Source: Trichoplax sp. H2 (taxonomy: Eukaryota). Taken from it: DNA of 64,000 nt. Below are positions 53,477-64,000 of this stretch, in pieces; within the stretch, counting starts at the first letter, position 1; every line of letters starts with the position of its first letter. The DNA is taken from contig NOWV01000018.1 of the NCBI GenBank assembly GCA_003344405.1, positions 1-64,000 on the forward strand, written 5' to 3'. The notes under the pieces are model-generated. The model had not been told where the DNA came from and ran no database searches. It saw nothing but the letters and a program-made list of their open reading frames with translations. A program made the position numbers and the translations under genes.

Positions 53477-56400
53477 AAGAGATTAATAAACGGTGGAATA
53501 TTAATTAAATGTCATTCAATAGGAGCAAATATTACTCGTTAGGATAATTATTTATTCGATATTTTAGTTCGATATTTGCTACTAATTCATTAATTATGAA
53601 AAGATTATATCAGATAGTCTAGATATTTTCTGGATCAAGTAATATTGAATCACATCGAGTTTTAGCTACATACATCATAGCAAATTTAAAATTGTCGTAG
53701 ATTAGAGAAGAAATTGAATATCCAGATACGATCTACACACTGGTTGTTTGTAGAATATTTCAATGTTGCATTTTTTATTGCTATAACATAGTCTGCGTTT
53801 AGTAATTTATAAAATCCTCTCAATATATAAAGCGCCACGTCATATATATCTTTAATTATTAATATAATAATGGACTCTTATTATATATATTATATTTATG
53901 TTTTTCCCAGTATCATGTTATATGGTTATTAAAGGAAGTGATTTCATAAAATTATATTTCTTTAGAATATAACATTGATTTGGATATGAAACTTGAAAGG
54001 TTAGGGATAAAGTTTAAGCTTTAAAAAGTTAGATTATGAAATGAATCTTATAAACAAATGCCCGTAGTGCCTAATGAACTGTCGAGTACAATAAGTAGCT
54101 AAGTCCTACAAATGATTTTAATGTTAGTTGTTCTGGATCAAATAGTATTAGGGTCGAATGCTATAGCTGTTGCCTGATAGTTTTTCTTCCTCCAATCAAA
54201 TACTAGATGTACTCGTATACATTACGCCACTACCATGGGTAACATGATACGATTTTAAAGAAACATTTTACATATTTCTTTCATCCCAAATACAATAAGG
54301 TAATTGTTAATTTAAAATAAAAATAAGCTTAATTTTACTGTTGGATAAATGTAGGTTATAACAATTAGGCTCAGCGTAATGATCCTGAAGGCCATATTAA
54401 AATTAATTCGATTGAATAGACAGCATTGTTAGATGTTGTGACCAAAATTTTGTTATTTTAAGTTACGCAAATTACAATCTATCACTTTGGAATAGTATCA
54501 CTGATCAGTCTCTTGCCCATTCCACATCTAAATATAATGATGAAAACTATTGCACCATCAGAGTAATAAAAACTTAATATGAGATGAGATTCTTATATCA
54601 TTAACAATAATAATGCTAAATCATAGCTCTATTTTAGCCTTTGCTGCAGAGAAATTGCTAATATCAATACTTCGACGAAATTAATATAATATCTATGAGA
54701 TATTCTGTCCAATAATTTACCATGATTATTCAGTATAGTAATTTATGGAAATGATACTGTGTGAAATCTTACAGATCCAATAGATTTAAATTTAATATAT
54801 TCGTATATTACGGGACGATACAGTACCATGCAATCCCTAACATCGAACAATCATTAATCAACTGATTTTGCATTTTAAATTAATATCGCTTTCTGATGTA
54901 CTGTATAATTTGTTTCTATTGTAAAGGGATTGGCTAAATGAAATAAATACAATTAGCAGGCAGAAGGCGACTTTATCTACATGATGGTTAGCAGAACTTG
55001 TGAATGATAGCTTTTATGTACATTAAATCCATAATTGCTGAAAGGCTATTTCTTCTTGTTTCAGAAATATTTTATACGCATACGTTCAATTCCCCATTTT
55101 TATGTTATTTTTTTGGTGGAAGAAGGCTTTAATAAGACTACTATCTAATATAGAGTACACTCTTCCTTATTCGTACATTCATGCAGAAGTGCTTGAAAGT
55201 TCTTGGTTATTTCATTCCGTCTAATATTAAGAAAAATTAAATTGGGGTGGCGATGATAGGATAACGTAAATAGTTATTTTTAATTAGCCATGTTGTGATT
55301 AGTGCATCAAAATATCATCTTACTAGGCCTTAGTTGATGTTGATTACATTTACAATCTTAGAGTATCTCCAAGAGGTATATGAAAGAAAAAACAATCAAA
55401 ATTTACTAACTGTTTATAATGAAAATGGATATCGTTAATAGTAAATGAAGAATAATATCAAATCGTTGCTTTGTTAAAATTTGTTTACATGAACATCTGC
55501 CATGGTATTAATTAAATTAATCTCTCTTAATGTAATAGACAAGATAATATTGGTTTTGTATTTTACATTTTTAAGGCTTACTTTTGAGTAGGATGCACTA
55601 ACATTTATTTCATTGCATACTTGATATGTACTTTGTAATATATATTAGGTCCTTGTACTAAGTGTCCTGAATGCCTAAAATTTTTTTAAATTTTTCACTT
55701 CCTGTCATAAAATTGTTAAGATATTTATGCTGTATAACAACTTTGCTAATAGAGTTTGACTACAGGGTAAATTGACTCTAGGTTAGTGCATGCTGTAATT
55801 CTGGCTATGATATTGATAGAATGACAGCATGAACAAACTCAAACCGAATTATGTTGATAAGTAGCTTGAAGTGATAGGCAATAGATTAATAGAGGAATGT
55901 AGTATAATATATAGATATTACTTATTTGTAGTATTGTGATATTTTAAATACGTTACCGGTAATTATTTTATAGCCTAGAGTAAGATATATGATCGCTATA
56001 AGCCTGGACATTCTTTACATAGTTCTTCTAAACCCGGCATGGGAAATTTGTTTTGATAACTATTATGTATAGTACTCATGAGTATATGCATATATGGAAT
56101 ATTGTGATATAAGCGACTATCAATTGTGGATTAGTGGACAGTATTCCATATACCTATAGCATAGTTAACTATATTTTACGTAATGTGACAGATTACGTGA
56201 AATAATAATGATATAAGAAATAGATTCTATAGCAACGTATATATCTCTGATGATAAATAGTAAGATAACGGTACCAGTCGCAGATGAGTCTAGTAGTATC
56301 AAAGGTGTTACATTTAGGCACTAGGATAGTCGAATCCTACTAGTAAGTAATTTAGAGACGAAAGCTATAGCCTTAAGTGTGAATAGAAGACGCTTCGATA

Positions 56401-59400
56401 GCCGATATCAGCAGGTATTATTAACTAACGTCTGATGGGTCCAGAGTGAGGGATGGTGATCAAACCTGACTTAGGATCTCTCACTCTAACATACCATACT
56501 AAATGTAAGAGTTTAGATAAGGGAATCTATAAGATAGATTTCGATTATGGTCTACGAGAAATTAACTAGGTTAGCTTGGCTAATATGTTGCTATGAAAGA
56601 TATAAATGACTGACTCCTTTATAAAGGAGTTCAGTCTAAGAACTAGCAGAGCATCAGTTACGTTATCTAAGTTTTACTACTGTAATATACGACAACAATT
56701 CTGATGTAATATACTGCCTTGGACTACTAGATGTAATTTAGCTGTCCATGATGCTGCTTCATCAGCTATGACCGCAATCATAGTGCAACTTAGCAATAAT
56801 AAAGCTAAATTATTATAACTGGTTTGATTGCCTTTCTTGGTACGAGATGCTATGTTAATTTTAGGTATAATATCTGACTGAATAGCAGGAATAAATAGCT
56901 AAAATAATTTATTTATGCTTTAAGTCTGTTGTAGAGTGCAATGTAATGTATAGACATTTTCATCACCAAGTATAAAGCACTGTTTTAAAATCAGATATCT
57001 CTCACATTTATACGAACAATTGCTGATACCTAATTTGATTTAGACATATTACCGTCCGTTAACATCTAAACGAGAATTTCTCGTTTGCATTTTGCACGTA
57101 TGAGGGAAGAGTAGAAAGAAAACAGTACCTACAGTTTATATACATTTGTCGGTAATATTGATTAATTAAACAAATTTATTTTTAATAGTATGCGTATGAT
57201 CCTATATTAATATATCATTATACAATAAGCACTTGCGTATGATCGCTGGGCATCGATTAAGCAAGCAGCTTTTATTATCGTTCTATCTACACGTCTATAT
57301 AATGTGATAAGGTGAGAACGTTTTAGAATTGTCACAATATAGATCACCAGATTGGGAAAGAATTTTATAAACTTAAAACTGTACGCAATTATTAGATTTA
57401 ACCGAATTCGCTAGTAGTAAATATAGTTTTTGTCGTTTGTTTTTTGATCGGGTGCTGAATAGGTGTTTATAATAGTAGAATTTTATGACGATATTTTGTT
57501 TTTGAAAATATAGGAAAGACTCAATTTTCTACCGTATGACCTGCTAATTGGATACGGTAAGCTGAAATTGGACTAATCAATTGCTAGTACTTAGCATAAA
57601 CGGTAGATGGACTAATCGAAGATAATAAAAAACACTTTTAAAGATTCCTTTAAAATCAACAAGACGATGTCATACTATCACGGAGTCGGAAATGTCGTAA
57701 AATGTGACTGTGTACTAATTAGTACGTAAGTCAATCTAGTTGTCAAATCGTATACCGATATTTTTAAATCTATATCATTTTTGGCAGTAAATTGTAATGA
57801 AACTATCATAGACTTATCGTTGTACTGGATTATTCAATAGTAGTTGTTGTTATAATAATAAATAGTCTAGACAAAGTCATATACTAAATTCGATGCTTAG
57901 TATTGATCCTATAGCTACTGATGTGGTATTTGTAATAATATAACTAGCCGAAATCATAGCCACTTACAAACTTGCTTTAGATCGTAAAATGTGCTAAGGA
58001 AAGAGAAAATTAGTTTGCTCCTAAAGAAAGGATAAAATTAATAGCTGATGGCGAAGAACTACGAAAACTCGAAGTATTAAGGTATTTATGCCATAATTGC
58101 ATATATACTAATTTGCACAGTTTACGGAATATTAGTTTATCACTAGTTAACATCGGGATTAAATGTAGAAATCTATGTGAGTCCATCTAATTTTAAAATA
58201 AAGTATCAGTTGCTTAATTTCTTCACGAATCTTTACCGTAAATATGGATTCTTAGGAAATTAGGGCCAATAATTAATAGATCTAGGTGATTGTATGAATC
58301 AGAAACGAGCATGATTGCAGTAAGATACTAATCAAATTTGATCAATTTCAAACTTTAAACTTACCAGATTTAAAATAGCACGGTACGTTTTACAGATTAC
58401 TCCGTAGGAGAATGTAGTTTTCCAGTTGAAATTTTTCGTTAGTACTAAATCTAACGTAAAATCGAATAATTTTAGATCGATTGCTCAGAATTGATGTTCC
58501 ATGGGAAAATCTATTAATTTACCGTAGAAATAATATGGAATTATTTCATAGACATTAAAGTTTAAAGGAGTGAACTAAACTGTCATGAGATCCTGAATAA
58601 GGCATTTTGGCTTCGTTGTCATCTATGCTTGGATAACGTAATGCGAAATAATATTATCGTTGTAATAGCCACTAGATAATAGGTCTAATAGTAAATTATT
58701 CAATTTTCAACATGAAAAATGGCTATGACTTTATAAATAGGATAATAGAACGGCTATACAGTCCCAAATTACATATAGCATCGTTCTGTAGCATTGACAT
58801 CTGATACTCAGTCTGTGACAGGTGCGATATTATACATGACGGGTAGAATTCAGATACATCTACATAAATATATCATATTACAAGCATCGAACTTGACAAT
58901 GTAATCGATGAAAATTATATACTTCAAGCACAGCTGGGTTGCTAATCCGGCTGATAATTTACTAAAATAATAATTATACTGTATGCAGTCACGCTTTAAA
59001 AAAATTAAAACTCTATTTATGCTGCAGAATCTTGAAAAAAATCGATTTCCGATTTTTTCCAGATTTTCTTCGTATAAAGCACCGCCTACTCGTTAGCTAG
59101 AGATCTTTAAAGAAAGAGTAACATCTCTATACCGGATTACTTGGTAAACTGTAATTTTAGACTAAATTTGAAACACTAATGCTGTAGGAGTGGTGTTATA
59201 GCGACAGTGATAAGGTGGAATTACTTTCTCGCATTGTCTTAATCTCGACAAATCTTCTAGTTCGCAATACATAGCGCTCATAATGCATCGTCAGGCATAG
59301 GAATAGCATACACTGCACCAATAGGTATACATTATTTATTAGCGAGATACTGCATTATTTGTTTGCATACTATCGCATAGTACAAAGACCAGTAATATTA

Positions 59401-60920
59401 TAAGATATGCAGTAAGCAATGATTGAGATTAGTAAATTAATTATGGATTTATTTTATTTACATAAAGGATAAGTTAATATGCTTACTTTAATTGCTACAT
59501 TGTCATGACTCATAACTTAAAAAGTTACTAGGTCAAAGTGAATGGTTGAAATTTGTATATACGAGCAATAGTTAAGAAATCAAGTATGATACTTTGTAAC
59601 GGAACCTGGGGAGAGGCTACTTAAACGGCTCTTAAATAGGGGTGTAATAATTCATAAATGCGATAAAGATTAATTTTTTTATTTTATTTAATTAAAGTCT
59701 GTTTTTATTTGCTATTTTTTTACAAATCAAACTATGATCTTCAGGAGCGAAGATTTAAGCGATAATTTAAATAGCTTATGTATTAATTATTCAGATAATA
59801 GCTGTGATGATTAATAGATACTATAAAGAATTATTCTTGCTGCATTCTATTTCATTAAAAGATGACCCCTTACACTCAATTTGACTGCTGTTATATTATA
59901 TACCCAAAGTCGATACTTTTAACAATAACACCTTAAGAGATAATTTAAAGATAAAATAATATTTGGTAATATGCAGCAGCTGCTGTATATGCTGTGAAAT
60001 AATTGATTAAACATTGTTAGAAAACGAAGGTGGATATTATGAGTTGATTTATACTAGCGTAAGTGTTGGCAGGGCTACATTGATCCGGATAACAAATCAC
60101 GTAAAGTTCAGATCATAATTATTATTAGACTTTGCTTCACTATTTACAATAGTTAAAATATTAATAGCTGAATAGAGTATTTTTATTTATTTTTTTTGAT
60201 TTCTATTCGATTTTTAGTATCACCGAAATATGCTGGCTAATTATAATTGTTCTGTCGATTATCTTTCGAAGCAAAAAATTGATCTTAAATGGAACTTAGT
60301 TAATAACTACGTATGGCATTTTTGTTGTTTTGTTAATTTTTACTTGTATAGGTACACCTATACTGTGGAGCCAAATAGGAAATAATAGAAATAAAAATTA
60401 TAATTGTAGTGGATCTCCAGGCTATCAGTTACTCTGCTATTATGTAAAATGTTGATAAAAACTAAAGTGTACGGACAATAGTAATTGTATAGCTTTGGCG
60501 ATAAATTAAAGTTCACTAAGAATATTCTATTCTATGCTCTCATAGGGTTACGACTTTTCCTGTATAATATTATACTCGTACAAGTTGGGTGCTAGATTAA
60601 GAGTTCGGAGCTTTAGTCACTGATATTACTGTTTTGATATTGTCTTTTATTGCATTCATTCTATTATCTGTCGGATATACAATACGTACTGTAGATGAAT
60701 CTTCTATGTCTAGTCATTAACTATGATAAGGTCCAATAGTTTGCATTATTTAATTTTAGTGATGGTGTAACGGGCTAATTTCTTGGCCGTAATAAAGTAA
60801 ACACATGATAGATGGACTAACTAATGTTTTAACGACTATGAAGATTATTTAATTCAAATTTAATAGTAATAGACATAACTAAAATAACAGTAGATTGGAA
60901 TTCTAATTTCAGATGAAGAA

Positions 60921-60956
60921 TAATTATTAATTATTAATTATTAATTATTAATTAAT
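60921..60956. repeat. (TAATTAT)n heptamer microsatellite
   Basis: taattattaattattaattattaattattaattaat. Confidence 0.9.
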
Positions 60957-63900
60957 CGTAAGAATCATTAATCTAGCGACGATTATATTGTATCTTATTA
61001 TTATATTAGCAACCATTGCATCATAATAGGCAAATTATGGTGGTGGAAAATCTCTTTGTCAGATTTAATTATAGGTAGATTTACATAATTTGGTATAAAT
61101 TACTATAGCAAAATATCGCAATGATTGCACCATCAAAGTACCGTACTAGATACGAAAGGAAATGAAATATTTCATTGAAAAAGTTATTGGATATAAGTTG
61201 CACACTAGACCAATGTCATTCAGGCCACTAAAGTAATTCAATAGGCTTAATTATTACAAGCTAGATAAAACAGCATATTTTTCGATTGTGATAATATCCT
61301 TACTGTTAGTGGGATGTCTTAGGAGTAGTACACCGTACTGTACCTTATCGCTATTTTAATTTGACTTAGTTAGTTGACATAAGTATTGCAGTCAAAGCTA
61401 GCACAATGATCATATTGACCAAATGACTAGATTAATTTTATTACAGTTTTGTGTATATCTTGGGTACGAGGTTTTTTGCCTTCAATAATCCATTTGAATG
61501 TATCTTTTATTATAGTACTTGTATGTTAAAATATATCGCGTTATGAAAAATAATTTATACTCAACAATTTATTATTTCAAGTATATAATGAAAATACTTT
61601 GTCGTCTGATAGTAAACGGTTATAGATATTTATGCAGTACATAATTACAGTCTATATACAGTATCATTTAGTGTAATAGTAAATTAATTGTATTTTACAT
61701 ATTTTTTGACAAATAGCAGATAATTTTGAAGCCTAGGTATACGTATATGACCTTTAGTATTCGATAATCAATCACTCTATCGCAATAGTAAGTAGTTGTG
61801 GGTTAATGTTCCAGAATACTTGTCTTTTGGTACAATTAATTATAATATTTACATGGTATTGGGCTACGTTGTATACGGGTATACGAATATACTGTAGCTT
61901 AGGAAAAGATTTATTCAATTTTTAATATATATTCGGGACATGTTTGAGCTTTCTATACATGATTTCGGTGATAAAATGACAACGGTGTATCACGATAGCC
62001 TATAATTTTGAGTTTAATCCGCATCTTTATGCTCTATGTCATGAGGATATCTGAAAGTAAGCCCTAATTCTACGTATGTAGGAGTATATATGTACAATTA
62101 TGGTCTTACTGTCTTTGATTTCGATAATACGTTGCATTTTTAGTTGGAAAGTAGTTAATTTCTGCTAACGAGCATAATACTTATAATCTAATTTCATGCA
62201 CTCTTTTGTATATTGATTTATTTGTCACGGATACATTTCTCTCTTCTTTTGTACTGTAGTTGGTGCTCTCGGAAATGATTCATATTTTAGATGCGCAGAT
62301 ATATATAATGTAGACGACTTTAATACCAAGAGTGATACGACGTAATAGGAAATGAAGTCATGTTAGTGGATTTATTTTTAAAAAATGAGTCATAGGAATA
62401 AGAAAGAGGCAACAGTCGCATTCTACGAGGATCTAACGATTTTATTCTTTTAAACCAAGTAGACAATTTAATATGGAAGGATTAAGGATAGGTGTTAAGA
62501 AATACAAAGGTTGTTGCCTAGTCTGTTAATAGTATTATCGTATGCGTAACCTTCGTGAAAGTAAGAAAGGATTAATTAGATATTACCCAAGTCAAAACTT
62601 TATAGGGGATCATAATTATCGTGAGAGTGAATGATTCACATGTGAGTCATTACTGTACAATTGTTTATTGGAATCTTTCTAAGGTGATGATTTTAATCTC
62701 AATCACTAAGAATTACAATGCGACTGTACAGTAGATAAAATAAATATGAACGATCTCGATAGGACGATACGTTCTTTTATTTAGGCTTGTAATAAAGTGA
62801 TTTGTTAGCTCCAAAAGATTGGATTTTGAATTGTTCTTTTATAGCTTGAAGAACTTTTAGCTTTTGAATTCGTATTCTACCCAGTTGTCACATAGTAATC
62901 GTGCCAATATGTCTGTTCGATCCTAAAGGTGGAACTGATTGGATCCAATTTATTCATCATGAAAGATATTCTACTGCACGCATACCTACAGTTTAATCGA
63001 TTTAATTTGATGACATGTACTGTATGTGTATAACTATAATTGTATTTGAGAAGTTACCACACACTCGTATTTCCAGTTTTATACTTAAAACTAGCCGAAC
63101 CAGTACACAAATATAGAAGTTTAACAATTTATGCACCATCTTCATTTCATATTGTAGTCAGTCCAAGCTTTACAATATACAGTAACGTATATTCTACGAC
63201 GATATAAATCGCCACATAATTGATACAAGCTGTAACTGAATTCTTCTGGTAAGAATGCTTTGTTGATATTACTTTAGTCATTGATTTATGAGAGTGGGCG
63301 GTTAGGGTTAGGCACCAACAGGTAAAAAAAGTTAAGGTTTCTGTAACTTATGCATCGTACCGACTGAGAAGGCCAGTTAATAAACTAAATTAATGTCCCG
63401 CATCTAATGAATTAGTTTTTATTTAATTTACTGTAAATAGATGTAATCGTAGACATCATTCTATATTCGTATAACAAAATCTGTTCTACTAACTCTACTC
63501 AGCGTATAGATCACCTAGAGAATTTTATACGGTAATAATCGATTTTATTACTGATTCTTTAACGATTGAAATTCGATAGAGATACTCTATAATGGTATAA
63601 AAAGTTCTACGGATAAGAAAAAACTTCTTACAACAGTAGATCTTAGAAAAGAATGAATAAGAACAATCACAACAGCAAAACGTAGCTACTTAAAATAAGC
63701 TACTTAACTTATTTACAACATAAAGGTTACGAAACAAGTTCACTCATATACTTAAATTATCATAAACATTACTCATAGGAGTGTATACCTAATACTGTCA
63801 ACAGCCTTTATTTGGTGTTATTTTTAAGTTATATCTAATAATTTACTTCTACATACCACGTTGATAACAATAAGTTGTACTGTGTAACAGTTTCACTATA

Positions 63901-64000
63901 ATTCGTGATGACTAACCTATTTCCGTGTTTATTTAGACAGGACCAACTGAGAGTTGGCGTATGGCGCAGTTTTGGAGATAGAAAGAAGAATCCTTTGAAT

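Noticed and set aside
63300-63312. GGTTAGGGTTAGG telomere-like sequence
   Set aside because: Only two units; compatible with chance.

Overview
AT-rich, intron-containing animal genomic DNA. The short introns, gene density and gene content suggest a placozoan (Trichoplax-like) genome; this is an inference. Positions 1-30.6 kb are gene-dense, with nine intact spliced genes that I reconstructed by hand from GT-AG exons: UQCR11 (+), NR2C2AP (-), cyclin Q/CCNQ (+), a tetraspanin (-), ATP5F1A (-), HAX1 (+), SIRT6 (+), RPP14 (-), and a KSR-family pseudokinase (-) resembling the RAS-independent KSR3 class. A decayed TPR-repeat gene lies head-to-head with the tetraspanin. The 5' end of every housekeeping gene carries a cluster of 5-bp-periodic, self-complementary CAGTA/TACTG (ACAGTACTGT) units. 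These clusters are missing from the KSR gene and from the rest of the window. Positions ~30.6-64 kb contain no intact gene I can support. They appear to hold many heavily decayed GPCR/LGR and LRR fragments, one possible integrase relic, short tandem duplications and one gap-bounded assembly artefact. All homology calls come from motif recognition by eye, not from searches. Relic calls are low confidence.
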